A stretch of DNA of 64,000 bases. Origin: a virus (taxonomy: Duplodnaviria > Caudoviricetes). The notes under the pieces are model-generated. The model was not told the DNA's origin. It was given only the letters and a program-made list of their open reading frames with translations, and ran no database searches. This document shows positions 34,949 through 45,288 of the stretch, piece by piece. The DNA lies in the IMG/VR virus record IMGVR_UViG_3300015606_001334, positions 128,001 through 192,000 of that record. One strand, written 5' to 3'. Every line of letters starts with the position of its first letter. Position 1 is the stretch's first letter. A program made the position numbers and the translations under genes.

Positions 34949-36220
34949 TCAACACTCATCTTCTTCATCTCCATAGAATTCTTCAATATGTTGCGGATTC
35001 ATCAACCTGCCTTCAGTGATGAGGTAGTCTTCTTCACCATGACACATAACCACATGAGAAGCATTGATGCGTGTACCAAATTCCGCAGCGAAAACCTTAG
35101 GTGAAAACATGTAAGGCCTACCATCAAGTACTGCGGGAAAACCATTTTCGCCAACAGCTTGATCTAGACAGGTAATAGCCAAAGAAATTCTACCAATCCT
35201 TTTTACAGGAACTTTGAACTGGTCCTTCAAGATCCGAGCGATCGCATCATCGATATCAAGAATGGCGAGTCGCAGAGAACCTTGGAATTCATGCGGCTTG
35301 TTGGTTTCATCGACCACATTGAATAGGCGACCAAAGCCATCCTCTCCGTCGGTGATTTCACGCTTCAACGGTCCTGCGCCATGGCGGGTGAGGTACGGTC
35401 GGGTCACATAAGCAAGGTTGATAGGATCATCAATCTTTGCGGTGTCAAGAACACGGAGGACATTGTCGATACCAGTGAAAGACCTCGTCACATGAGGAAA
35501 ATCCGCAGACTCCTGATCGAGTGCCAGTCCTTGAGCACCTTCAAAAACGAGGTTATCAAACTGATTCAATGCCTCAGCCTCATCCATGACGATTACCCGC
35601 TCAAGGAAAGCTCGACATTGTAGCTCATATTGATGGTAGACATGGCGCAGATTCCCCATCACGACGTTGTCGATGCCGAGTTCTGCCAATCTCATTGGTA
35701 TGTACTCACCAAGGATGGCATTGATCTTCATGCAAAGGGTAGGACGATGGATGATGTCCTCAACCGTCAGTTGAAAATCGCAATAGTCGTAACCATGGCG
35801 TTCGACAGTCTCACCGAAGCCAACACCAACTGAGCCATGTCGGCCATCGCCTCGTGCACGCTCAATCTCTTGATTGATAAACATATCCCATGGTGTAGTG
35901 ATGGGACATTTCGGATCCACGTAGATGTCAGGCCTGATGACTCCCTTTCGGATCAGCTCGTTGTTCTCCTTCATGAACAGGTACGGAGAGCAGACGAAAT
36001 CCTTCGTCAAGATGGTAGGGATGTAGTCAAAGCTTCCAGAGCCGAAGTGCGAGAACACATGGCGCTGACGACCACTGACGACCGTATGTCCTGCTTGGGC
36101 ACCACCATTAAATCGGACGACTGCGCACTTGTCGTAATTTTTAGCGGCGAAGTAGTTGGTCATACGACCTTTACCTTCGTCGCCGTAGTTGGCGCCAATG
36201 ACGACTTGAATATTTTTCAT
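34949..36220 (-). CDS. purA: adenylosuccinate synthetase-like protein
   Basis: GANYGDEGKG, GGAQAGHT, FEGAQG, TRHGAGP. Confidence 0.85.
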   Translation of the reverse strand: MKNIQVVIGANYGDEGKGRMTNYFAAKNYDKCAVVRFNGGAQAGHTVVSGRQRHVFSHFGSGSFDYIPTILTKDFVCSPYLFMKENNELIRKGVIRPDIYVDPKCPITTPWDMFINQEIERARGDGRHGSVGVGFGETVERHGYDYCDFQLTVEDIIHRPTLCMKINAILGEYIPMRLAELGIDNVVMGNLRHVYHQYELQCRAFLERVIVMDEAEALNQFDNLVFEGAQGLALDQESADFPHVTRSFTGIDNVLRVLDTAKIDDPINLAYVTRPYLTRHGAGPLKREITDGEDGFGRLFNVVDETNKPHEFQGSLRLAILDIDDAIARILKDQFKVPVKRIGRISLAITCLDQAVGENGFPAVLDGRPYMFSPKVFAAEFGTRINASHVVMCHGEEDYLITEGRLMNPQHIEEFYGDEEDEC

Positions 36221-36436
36221 TATTACGCCTTAAACGTCATGAGTTGAAGAAACACTTTATTTCTACGAACACCATCGTAATCCAGAGAAGTTGCGACCGC
36301 GCAAAGGGCAATTGGATCAACTTCTTCAGCATAATGCTTGCTGAAGTAGTCAATCGTTGTTAAAAAATCAGTACACCCATTTTCGCATTCTTCAGCGATA
36401 ATCTTTATGATCTTTTTGATGTCCACGATTTATCCT

Positions 36437-36748
36437 TTAAAGGAAGAACCGAGTGTCATCAATCAGAACCATCGCCTCGTTCATGTCGAGGCTGATGTCG
36501 TGATCGTTCATTTCGTTGAAGTTGGCGGCAAACTTCCCATCGACGCCGATGATGGAATACGCATCATGCACCGGAGAAAGAATCAGATGGGGCTTGGAGT
36601 CAGACGTTCCAGAAGCAATGCCTCGAATGACGTAAATGCCGAGCTCGACGTTGAAGAACATGTCGCCGTGGAAGGTATCTTCACGGAGTTCGGGAACTTG
36701 GAACATCAGACCAGTTTTAACGCAACGCATGGATTTCTCCTTCATCAA
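36437..36748 (-). CDS. hypothetical protein
   Basis: ORF. Confidence 0.6.
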   Translation of the reverse strand: MMKEKSMRCVKTGLMFQVPELREDTFHGDMFFNVELGIYVIRGIASGTSDSKPHLILSPVHDAYSIIGVDGKFAANFNEMNDHDISLDMNEAMVLIDDTRFFL

Positions 36749-36763
36749 TATAGAGACATTATA

Positions 36764-37519
36764 TCATGTCGGGAAGAGTTTGGAAACGATTTTCTTCAAT
36801 GTCGACGGAGCATAGCACTCACGTTTGCCAGCAACAGTGACCATGATTGCTTTGTCAGGCTTTTCTGCAGCCTTCATAAGATCGATCGCTTCGTCTAGAG
36901 AGTCTTCATGATATTCTATCGAAGCATTGCGATCAGAAAAATTGACTCCTGAAATATTTCCAGTATGGGATCTAAAGTATTTCTCAAGATCTTCGCAAAG
37001 TTCCTCGGCGATTTTTTCAACGAGTTCAGGAGGAGAAATGAGGCTGAACTGGATTTCCATGACGCCTTCAGAGGTGTAGATGTCTCCATCCTTACTAGGA
37101 TTCAGCGTGACATCGTAGTAAAACTCGGTGAAGGTGAAACGGCGTGGGATCATCCGATTCTCAGAAAGATAGTACTTTCCAATAGGACAATATGAAAAGG
37201 CTTGGAGAGCTGTCAACGCATTGTCAAGACTACGTTGCACTGCCTGACGATCATCGTTATTACCGTAAGCTCGAAAATGGAAGGTGCAAGTGAGTGCACA
37301 AGACCAAGCCCGATTCGACGTGACACTGATTAGGTCTTGAAGAGACTCAAAATATTCCTTGTAGGTCTCACCATTTGACAGCGAGATAGTCACATTACTA
37401 TCGTCACCAGCCGCCATTTGACGAACCATCTGAACAGGATTCTTTGGGTCATTCGTTGCAAGAATGAACTTCTTGTTGATGAACTTGATTTCTGCCGGGT
37501 CTTCGTATTTCGGATTCAT
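36764..37519 (-). CDS. hypothetical protein
   Basis: 251-aa ORF. Confidence 0.7.
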   Translation of the reverse strand: MNPKYEDPAEIKFINKKFILATNDPKNPVQMVRQMAAGDDSNVTISLSNGETYKEYFESLQDLISVTSNRAWSCALTCTFHFRAYGNNDDRQAVQRSLDNALTALQAFSYCPIGKYYLSENRMIPRRFTFTEFYYDVTLNPSKDGDIYTSEGVMEIQFSLISPPELVEKIAEELCEDLEKYFRSHTGNISGVNFSDRNASIEYHEDSLDEAIDLMKAAEKPDKAIMVTVAGKRECYAPSTLKKIVSKLFPT

Positions 37520-37596
37520 ATCACATCGTATTCAGAAAATTGCATTATAAACTAAAAAAGGGAACCTAGGTTCCCTTTTTCTAACGAATGTTTTCG

Positions 37597-38520
37597 TTAC
37601 AGGCCGAGCGCGTGACGAACTACAGCTTGAGCCTTACTGTTTTCCCAGCTACCGATGACCTTTTCAGGATCAGCGCCTTCATTGACTTCCATGACGGAGA
37701 TGATGACTTCCGAAATGTAGTCGTAGTCGCTCAACAGAATTGCCTTCTTGCCGAGCAGGTTGCGCCATTTCGCAACAGTATCGTTGCGGCTTTGGCTGTA
37801 AGAACAGTGACTGCCTTGTTCACAGATGATGTGGAAGACGTTGTACTTTTCTTGGGCCAGTTCAAGCATTTCCTTGGAGGAATAGCTCTTTTCTTCGCCA
37901 CCGTTAAAGATGTTGTTGATCTGAGCAGAGGTGAGACCTTGAGGCGGTGGCGGCTCATCACCAATCGTGAACAGATAACCCTTTTGACCGCGCTTTTCGA
38001 AGCAGTCGATTGCGGTACGCTTACCAGCGAAGTACCACGGAATGTCGTACGACTCGAAAGCGTTACCACCACCGCCACCTTCCAGCCACAGTTCCTTCAG
38101 TTGTTCAGCGATACGAATATCGGCTTCGAACTGAGAAACTTGCAGAGGAGCACGATCGCAGAAGGCGTCGCCAATAGCCATGACCATCACGTGCGGATCA
38201 TCGACCGGCTTGCGGGTGAGGATACCATCAACCAGTTTGCCGAGACCTTCAGTTGCAATCTTTTCAGCAACGATGCCCATGGAACCAGTAACGTCCAGGC
38301 CGAGGATGATCGCGTTGGAATTCGGATTGGCTTCGGAATCGCGAGATTCGCGGAGCATCACGCCCTTCGGATCAAAGATCGACTTGATGGAAGTTTGCTT
38401 GAAAACTTGAGCACGAGCTGCGGTATCGGAAAAACCTTTTGCGCGAGCAGTACTCAAAGTTGCGGAAGTTGCGCTTGCATAAGCGCGATAATCATTGTTG
38501 TCCCAACGACTGTAACCCAT
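37597..38520 (-). CDS. vWA (MIDAS) domain protein
   Basis: LDVTGSM, GGGGN..ESY, TIGDE. Confidence 0.85.
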   Translation of the reverse strand: MGYSRWDNNDYRAYASATSATLSTARAKGFSDTAARAQVFKQTSIKSIFDPKGVMLRESRDSEANPNSNAIILGLDVTGSMGIVAEKIATEGLGKLVDGILTRKPVDDPHVMVMAIGDAFCDRAPLQVSQFEADIRIAEQLKELWLEGGGGGNAFESYDIPWYFAGKRTAIDCFEKRGQKGYLFTIGDEPPPPQGLTSAQINNIFNGGEEKSYSSKEMLELAQEKYNVFHIICEQGSHCSYSQSRNDTVAKWRNLLGKKAILLSDYDYISEVIISVMEVNEGADPEKVIGSWENSKAQAVVRHALGL

Positions 38521-38531
38521 CTTGATTCTCC

Positions 38532-39032
38532 TTAAAAACAATCTGCTTCATCGATACCACCGAACATTTCTTGGTCAATGTCGTAATCAACATAACCATA
38601 TTGGTCTTTTACGTACTTCTTCGAAACCGTTTTAAATGTAAGTGGATCAACTACTTGCTTTTCGTAAACTTGCTGAACCGGCTTTTTCTTACCACCGAAA
38701 ATTCCAGTATCATTCTTGAGCTTTTCATCCCGAGCGATCAGAGATTTTGGGTCATAAATTGCACCGTTGATCTCGACCTCGTACATGTCAGGCTTTCCAG
38801 AAGCATTCTTCAATCTACCAATGACATAAATGTCTCTGTTGTTGTAGACTTCAGGATTACCAGGGCCTTGCATGACCGAAGCAATCTTTGCTGCTGAATG
38901 ACGTTGGACATATCCTACATGGTTGAACTTGTCGTACTTCCAAACAAGGACCTTGTAAGCATTTTTGTCGTATGCATTCGTCGGTTCGGCCTTCAAAAAG
39001 ATTCTAGCGCCAGGACCAACTTCTTCCAACAT
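38532..39032 (-). CDS. HIRAN domain protein (probably expressed as a -1 frameshift fusion)
   Basis: EPTNAYDKNA..V...VGYV; the IVGQYYRG strand lies upstream of the first ATG. Confidence 0.8.
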   Translation of the reverse strand: MLEEVGPGARIFLKAEPTNAYDKNAYKVLVWKYDKFNHVGYVQRHSAAKIASVMQGPGNPEVYNNRDIYVIGRLKNASGKPDMYEVEINGAIYDPKSLIARDEKLKNDTGIFGGKKKPVQQVYEKQVVDPLTFKTVSKKYVKDQYGYVDYDIDQEMFGGIDEADCF

Positions 39033-39172
39033 ACGAGTTGCCCATGCGCCGCGATAATACTGACCGACGATAGGAACTACGAGTCCAGATAACGAAGGAA
39101 CCGGTTTGATTCCTTCATTAGCCGTCGCATTGGTGGAAGGAGAAACCTTCTCTCCTTCCTTACCTGAACCCG

Positions 39173-40036
39173 TTACTCGAAAAAACTCTTGCCGCCCTTG
39201 TTACCACCCATGAGCTTCGACATGAGCATCATCTGCATCATGCCACCCATCGGGTTGGCAGCAGCCGGAGCTGCAGGAGCTGTAGCCTTTACGGTAGCCG
39301 CAGCTTCAACGATCTTGGCCCAAGCAGAAATTGCTTCCTGATAGGCAACCAATGCTTCGTTGTTGCGCTTGTTGATTTCGACGATTTCTGCCTTGGTAGC
39401 AGAAGCAGGAATGTCTTCCTGAACCAGCTTCGGTTGAGCAGGAATTTCGATGGCGACGCCACCAGCTGCTGCCGGAGCGGCCTGATCTTGACCCATCATG
39501 CTCATCATGAGCATCATTTGGACCATGTCACCAGCATCTTCATTGGTGGAGCCGGCCATCAGCATCGGCAGCATCATTTGGAAGTTTTGCTGGCCAGTAG
39601 CACCGGTCAGGGAGAAGAGGTTACGGAGAACCATGACGCCAGATTGATCCATGCCCATGGTAACGACCTTGTTGCGGCGCAGAGTGCCTTCGCTGGAGTC
39701 GGTGTTCAGAAGGATCAGAGAATTCGGGTTCTTTTCAACAACCCAGCCCGGACGACCACCAGGACGGAAGGCCAGATCACCGAGTTGGACGTCATCGAAC
39801 GGGACGCTTTGAGCGAAAGCCGGAACGGCCATGCCGAATTCAGAGAACATGTTTTCAACGACTTGGGCTGCTTCGCCTTCGCCGTTCAGAGAGAAGATGG
39901 AACCGTTCTTGCCGAGGATACCCATCTTACCGGTGGAAATATCCCAAACGACGTCCTTGACCGGCTGGAACATTCGAGCCAGCATCTTGTCGCCGATGGT
40001 TTGACCGAACTTGTTAAGTGCTTGATTTGCTTGCAT
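39173..40036 (-). CDS. Met/Ala-rich hypothetical protein
   Basis: High-expression codon bias, AAGGAG RBS. Confidence 0.8.
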   Translation of the reverse strand: MQANQALNKFGQTIGDKMLARMFQPVKDVVWDISTGKMGILGKNGSIFSLNGEGEAAQVVENMFSEFGMAVPAFAQSVPFDDVQLGDLAFRPGGRPGWVVEKNPNSLILLNTDSSEGTLRRNKVVTMGMDQSGVMVLRNLFSLTGATGQQNFQMMLPMLMAGSTNEDAGDMVQMMLMMSMMGQDQAAPAAAGGVAIEIPAQPKLVQEDIPASATKAEIVEINKRNNEALVAYQEAISAWAKIVEAAATVKATAPAAPAAANPMGGMMQMMLMSKLMGGNKGGKSFFE

Positions 40037-40343
40037 GTCTAAAACTCCTTTTTGACAGAAAAAACTACAGAAAGTCTATCTTCCTGTAGGATCGATTGAG
40101 TTATTCAACCGATACATAAATTATATACTAATTCCAGAAAGAGTAAACTGATTTTGAAAAATTTAATCTGATTTTTGATTCAAATAACTCAGATGTTCTT
40201 GAACCCTCTCGAACCATTCACGAACATAATGCTCGTACAATGATCCGAACTTTTTGACGGCTTCTTCAGCATCCCCGAACCAGGCTTCATTTACCCCTGT
40301 TCAAGAGGTTCAAACCATTCTTCAAAGCTTTTAAGCTGTTCAA

Positions 40344-40970
40344 TCATTTAGGTGCTACCTTTCGAAATTCGGTTGAGAGATTATTGTAGACAATTCGGAA
40401 CTTCTCGTCAATCTCTTCCCAAGTTTCACATGACATCACGTCGTAGTACTCTAGATTCTTTGACGTGATGTCATGGATTTTACCAGTCGTCGCTAGCTGA
40501 ATACCAAAATCGATAATACGAATTGCGTGCCAAGCAGACTTCTTACCAATAAGCGGCGCATAGTCTTCTGGAACTTTCAGCTTCTTCTTAGCTTTTACCC
40601 AGCTATTCGAAGCCTTACGAGAAATACTTTCGCGTAACATAGGCAGAGAAATCTTAGGCATCGCATGCATCTTGCCATATACCAAAGTGCCATTAATGCT
40701 ATAAGCGCGAACGTTGTTGACACATTCAAGGAATGAAATTTCCATTCCATCCAAGCCCCTGAGAAACTCTTCCTCAGTGTAGAGATTTACGTCAAACTTC
40801 GAGAATGAAAGCTGGAAGTATTCCCTTGCAATGGCAATAGCACGAGATTGAATGGTGACATCATCTTTACGATCAACAATAACGATTAAATCGAAATCTG
40901 ATCCAGGTTGAGCGGTCCCATAAACTGTTGAACCGTAAAGATAAATTGAAATGATATTAGCGGATGCCAT
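40344..40970 (-). CDS. nucleotidyltransferase (Pol beta superfamily)
   Basis: YGSTVYGT...SDFD. Confidence 0.8.
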   Translation of the reverse strand: MASANIISIYLYGSTVYGTAQPGSDFDLIVIVDRKDDVTIQSRAIAIAREYFQLSFSKFDVNLYTEEEFLRGLDGMEISFLECVNNVRAYSINGTLVYGKMHAMPKISLPMLRESISRKASNSWVKAKKKLKVPEDYAPLIGKKSAWHAIRIIDFGIQLATTGKIHDITSKNLEYYDVMSCETWEEIDEKFRIVYNNLSTEFRKVAPK

Positions 40971-41529
40971 ACTTAAGTTTGAGTTCCTTGATCTTGTCAT
41001 CCCAATTATAATCTACTGCCATGGAAATTGACATAGGAACTTCATCTTTAGCTTCATCATGTGACCACAACAATTGATATTTACCATTTGGTGTTTCATA
41101 AACCTGATCGTGACAATGCAGCGAATTACCTACCGAAATCGGTTCGAGTTTGAGAGTGTTAATGTAGTTGAAAATTTCCCATCTTCCCCGCTCACTCTCA
41201 ACTTCTTCCCATCGAGTTTCGCCATTTAGACGTCTGAGGAAATTTAGATTCTTAAGTTCCTTTTCATATTCGATTTCTTCAGGAGTTGGTTCCTTAACCT
41301 CTTCCATAATCAAACGGAACTTGACAATCTCGCAATCTTCTACTTTGTAACGTCCCCAACGAGACTCATTCTCAAGGGACTTCGTCGCTACCTTAGGAGA
41401 GTTGTAGACTGAAGGGATATCGGTCTCGTAGAACGAATGACCAGGAGTTTTCTTCAGATACCTACCAGTTGGAATATAACGAATGGCGTACTGAAAAACT
41501 TCCTTATTTGGAACAATAGACTTAGTCAT
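40957..41529 (-). CDS. hypothetical protein
   Basis: ORF. Confidence 0.6.
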   Translation of the reverse strand: MTKSIVPNKEVFQYAIRYIPTGRYLKKTPGHSFYETDIPSVYNSPKVATKSLENESRWGRYKVEDCEIVKFRLIMEEVKEPTPEEIEYEKELKNLNFLRRLNGETRWEEVESERGRWEIFNYINTLKLEPISVGNSLHCHDQVYETPNGKYQLLWSHDEAKDEVPMSISMAVDYNWDDKIKELKLKYGIR

Positions 41530-41861
41530 TAGAACATCCGAATATTTGAAACCACGCCATCGTTTACATACAAGTTCCAACGGAACGGTAGATGACTGGC
41601 TGTAAGTTCATACCCTTTACCATCACGCTCAGCAACGCGGAACACACAACGATCTTTAATCGCTGACATAACTTCGTGTTCACTTTTCCCGATGAACGAC
41701 TGAGGATCTAGAATTTCGCTTTTCACGTTTGAGCCTTTCTCTATGTTGCTTTCGATTTTCTCCTGGTAAACGACCAATAGGAACCTATTGGTCTTGCCGA
41801 CGGAGATAGTATGCATTTTGTCCATATTTTGTAAATTCGTCCTCAAAATCTAAAGCTGCCA

Positions 41862-42740
41862 TTACGTCCATAAACTCCTACGAATCTTGATGAGGCGAAT
41901 GAGCATCTCTTCATCTTCTTTTTCGTATGCTTCTTCGATTTCATTACAGGCGATACTACATTTGCGACCTTCTTCAGCGAGGTCTGGGGACTGGTCATTT
42001 AGTCCTGCCAGGAAATCTCCATCATGACGTTCTTCGAGCTTTTTGAAATATTCGGAATACCCAGAAGCGTCATGAGGATCAGGTCGCTGTGGACGAATAT
42101 GCTTCCACCAATGGTACAACTCAAACTGTTCTTTAGCCGCTTCGGCCTGCCCGGTCAACTTCCCATAATCTCCGGATTCTTTAGCTTGTTGGATTGATTC
42201 TTCATCATTACCATACCAGCTATCATCCTTAACGAGGGACATTTCCCATTCAAGGTACTCGATTCCTGCCAAGGGATGACGCTTCTCGCTTGCGAACCAA
42301 TTCAGCCAACCATTCATCTCGTACCATTTGTAGCCATACTTCTTACGATTTTCGTCCTGGCCCCAAATGACGTGCATCCATGCTTTTTCGATTTCGATAA
42401 AGTCTACCAATGTTTCAAACATCCCATGGAGAATACGAGTGTCGACTTCATGATACTGCCAAGGATTTAACTTTGTCGGAAGATAGTGGTATTTGTCGAA
42501 GTACTTGGCATTAATCGCACAACGAAGATCCCACAGCTTATCTTTCGGCCAACAAAAGAAATCTTGGATCTTGTTGAAAGCAGTGTCAGTCAACCAATGA
42601 ATAAAGGGCGCTTTGCCCTCACTCATTTCTCTCCAAAGCTTCCAATCTTCGCTAGTCAAAGCGTGTGGATTGGTTAAGCCAAATTTTACACGGAGCCAAT
42701 GAGCAAAGCTGCTATTGCTCCAATAATTGATACGACTCAA
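41862..42740 (-). CDS. conserved hypothetical phage protein (..LIRLIKIRRSLWT)
   Basis: Trp-rich ORF. Confidence 0.75.
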   Translation of the reverse strand: MSRINYWSNSSFAHWLRVKFGLTNPHALTSEDWKLWREMSEGKAPFIHWLTDTAFNKIQDFFCWPKDKLWDLRCAINAKYFDKYHYLPTKLNPWQYHEVDTRILHGMFETLVDFIEIEKAWMHVIWGQDENRKKYGYKWYEMNGWLNWFASEKRHPLAGIEYLEWEMSLVKDDSWYGNDEESIQQAKESGDYGKLTGQAEAAKEQFELYHWWKHIRPQRPDPHDASGYSEYFKKLEERHDGDFLAGLNDQSPDLAEEGRKCSIACNEIEEAYEKEDEEMLIRLIKIRRSLWT

Positions 42741-43051
42741 ATTACGATTTCCTTTAGAAATTCAGACCGTGGCAAATTCTGGAATGCCTTCGACTCGTCA
42801 AAGTACATGACGGTCCAGTCTGGTAGATTTTGTTTCAATTTGAACGCAAGAGCGTAGCCATTCTTGGCAAAGAGCTGAACATCAAACAGATCTTCTTCGA
42901 GCGAAACGCGATCGTATTCTGCTTGCCATTCAGTGATCATTGATTTCAGCCAATAATGAATTGGTAGGTCGTTGATGTCAATATTAGTCCCATTTTCGTC
43001 CCATACTCCAGACGAACAATAATCAGCCATTAGTCGGACATATTTTGCCAT
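42737..43051 (-). CDS. hypothetical protein
   Basis: ORF. Confidence 0.7.
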   Translation of the reverse strand: MAKYVRLMADYCSSGVWDENGTNIDINDLPIHYWLKSMITEWQAEYDRVSLEEDLFDVQLFAKNGYALAFKLKQNLPDWTVMYFDESKAFQNLPRSEFLKEIVI

Positions 43052-43052
43052 T

Positions 43053-43583
43053 TTAACTTTCCTTCTTTTCTAATTTCTTTTTAAACTCGTCAACGATAAT
43101 AGGATCAACGTACTGCTCGACGATTCGTTCCCAACCTTGGAAGCCAACAAGACCCTTCACTGTAGAAGAGCTGACTTCCGTCATAGCTGAAGGAGGGATG
43201 AAGAAAACGGTCTCAACATTCGGGTTGATCTTGCGATTGACTTGCTGAATCTGTGATTCGTAGTTGAAGTCTTCTGTGTTGCGAATACCGCGGAAGATAT
43301 ACGAAGCTCCAATCTTACGAGCGTGGTTGATTAGCAACTCATCGCTGATAGTTTCAATGACAATGTTCTCAAACAGCGAAACTGGAAGAGTATTGTGAAG
43401 GACTGATCGGATTTGTTGCTCACGCTCCTCAACAGAGAAGTAACCTTTCTTCGCTGAGTTCGTGCCAATTACGACATGGAGTTTTCCATCAGGAGCAATC
43501 ATGCCTCCAGCAGCTCGAATCAGCCACATGTGACCGAGAGTAATTGGGTCGAATGAGCCTGCAACAATTCCAATCTTAGCCAT
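43053..43583 (-). CDS. coaD: phosphopantetheine adenylyltransferase
   Basis: GSFDPITLGH, RGIRN..DFNYE, VSSSTVK. Confidence 0.9.
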   Translation of the reverse strand: MAKIGIVAGSFDPITLGHMWLIRAAGGMIAPDGKLHVVIGTNSAKKGYFSVEEREQQIRSVLHNTLPVSLFENIVIETISDELLINHARKIGASYIFRGIRNTEDFNYESQIQQVNRKINPNVETVFFIPPSAMTEVSSSTVKGLVGFQGWERIVEQYVDPIIVDEFKKKLEKKES

Positions 43584-43585
43584 TT

Positions 43586-44032
43586 TTATTTCCGAATTTC
43601 GATATCAGGGACGATTGCAGCCGGCTTAAACGTAACACGATAGTTGTACTGGCTGACGTTGGACGGTTCCATTTGTTCAGCGAAGTAGGTCACGTTTTCA
43701 GAAATGCCGAGGAAGCTCTTCTTAAAGCTGTTCGGACCAGTCTTGCAGGTAACAGCTACCGCCTTGGTTTCAGAAGCGCTGCCAATCGAGCAGAGACCTT
43801 CGATAACCAGCATATACTCGCCGTTCATGGTGTTGTAGAAAACAATTCGACGATTGATTTCGAAATTGTCGGCAGCCTTCTTCAAGTTGTCTGAAGCAAT
43901 TTGCGCATCACTACACCCAACTGCTAGTATACCAATCAGACATGCTGAAATAATGATAGTCAGAATATTCGTTATCTTCTTGTGAGTTTTCATTTCTTGG
44001 TTCATTTCAATCTTTCTTTTGTAGTTGCTCAA
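43586..44032 (-). CDS. conserved phage lipoprotein
   Basis: Lipobox AVG-C; A.NFEINRRIVFYN. Confidence 0.75.
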   Translation of the reverse strand: MSNYKRKIEMNQEMKTHKKITNILTIIISACLIGILAVGCSDAQIASDNLKKAADNFEINRRIVFYNTMNGEYMLVIEGLCSIGSASETKAVAVTCKTGPNSFKKSFLGISENVTYFAEQMEPSNVSQYNYRVTFKPAAIVPDIEIRK

Positions 44033-44660
44033 TTAGTATCTTGACATTTTCACGTCCGATTTGTTCCCAACCTGCATCTTTGGCAAATTCAGAAAAGTAC
44101 AGCTTTGGTCGTCCCAAGAAGCTTTGAAGGACTTGGGTACGGCCATGAGAATAAATCTCGTCATTGTATTGAGAGAATTCTTTACGAATGTCCTTCTCAA
44201 ATTGTTGTAGACGTTTTTCAGTTTCAGAAAGAATTCGAAGATCTGCATCAAGGAACATTTTGATGTCTTCAATTTCGGCTTCGGAGAACTTTCCACGATT
44301 TCGAACTCGATCAAGAGTATGACCTTTAGTGCAGCCGATCATCGCCAAAGCTAGACGAACGGTCCGATATTCGGGATCATCAATGTCAAGATCCTTCAAA
44401 TGAGGATTGTCTTCTTCAATCTTTTCGAGAAACATTCGACACGAGTTGATTTCATTGTGCTCATAGGCTTCATCAACTTCGTAGACGATATCATGAAATT
44501 CTGCAGCAAGTTCAGCAGCTCTAAAGTTACTGAACTTGTGCTTCATTAGATACAGAGTATCAAGCACATGACAAACATGTGCGTAGTTATGGTAGTGTCG
44601 ATGCTTCCTGCTAAGCTCTTTAAGCAGAAACTTTCGAGTCTTGTCGCTGATCTGCAACAT
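44007..44660 (-). CDS. HD-superfamily phosphohydrolase
   Basis: RHYHN..H, FHDIVY, NE..S, FLDADL.IL. Confidence 0.85.
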   Translation of the reverse strand: MLQISDKTRKFLLKELSRKHRHYHNYAHVCHVLDTLYLMKHKFSNFRAAELAAEFHDIVYEVDEAYEHNEINSCRMFLEKIEEDNPHLKDLDIDDPEYRTVRLALAMIGCTKGHTLDRVRNRGKFSEAEIEDIKMFLDADLRILSETEKRLQQFEKDIRKEFSQYNDEIYSHGRTQVLQSFLGRPKLYFSEFAKDAGWEQIGRENVKILIEQLQKKD

Positions 44661-45288
44661 GGAAGAAAACCTTTCTGAACTTGTGCTTCATTAGGTCGGT
44701 TACATGAACATCACAATGACCATGAGTATTGTCGATGACGTAATCGGCGTTTTCAATCTTGTACTGTTGAGGTACTTGAGTTGACATTATATCACGAACT
44801 TTTTCTTCTGTAAACCCGTCGCGATTTTTGACGCGTTGTACACGAACTTCGTCGTCAGCTGCAACCACGATAACCTTGACCTTGGTTCGAACCAATTGCA
44901 TTTTGGTAGAGAGCTTCTTCATCTCGAAGAACATTGGCATCTCGATCACCATGGTATTCACAGGCTTACGATTTACCAGTTCGATGAATTTGTCTTCAAC
45001 CAGCTTAAAGAAGAATTGGTTGAGCTCATCCAGGAGAATTTTGGTTGTTTCGGTTTTACCAAGCTGTCGACTCTGATTGAACACGATGTCGCTGATTTCC
45101 TTTTTATCGGAGGTGCCAAACATCGTTTTCAGGAACTGCTTGACATCCTCTCGTTCGTACAACTCTCGAGTGTAGTCATCAAAATTGAAGAAGCCAACTT
45201 TGACTTCAGAACTCCGCTTAATGGACTCGATCACGCTCGACTTGCCGGAACCGATCCCGCCAGTAATTACAATGGTTTCAATTTTCAT
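44620..45288 (-). CDS. coaE: dephospho-CoA kinase
   Basis: ITGGIGSGKSS, E.P..FE, RV.R...RDG, ADYVIDN. Confidence 0.88.
   Translation of the reverse strand: MKIETIVITGGIGSGKSSVIESIKRSSEVKVGFFNFDDYTRELYEREDVKQFLKTMFGTSDKKEISDIVFNQSRQLGKTETTKILLDELNQFFFKLVEDKFIELVNRKPVNTMVIEMPMFFEMKKLSTKMQLVRTKVKVIVVAADDEVRVQRVKNRDGFTEEKVRDIMSTQVPQQYKIENADYVIDNTHGHCDVHVTDLMKHKFRKVFFHVADQRQDSKVSA

Noticed and set aside
34949-36220. PurZ (2-aminoadenine DNA pathway)
   Set aside because: The catalytic position is Asp (GDEGKG), not the Ser of PurZ.
37597-38520. Ro60/TROVE partner for the Y-like RNAs
   Set aside because: It is a vWA domain only (~307 aa) with no TROVE helical domain; any Ro protein must be encoded elsewhere.
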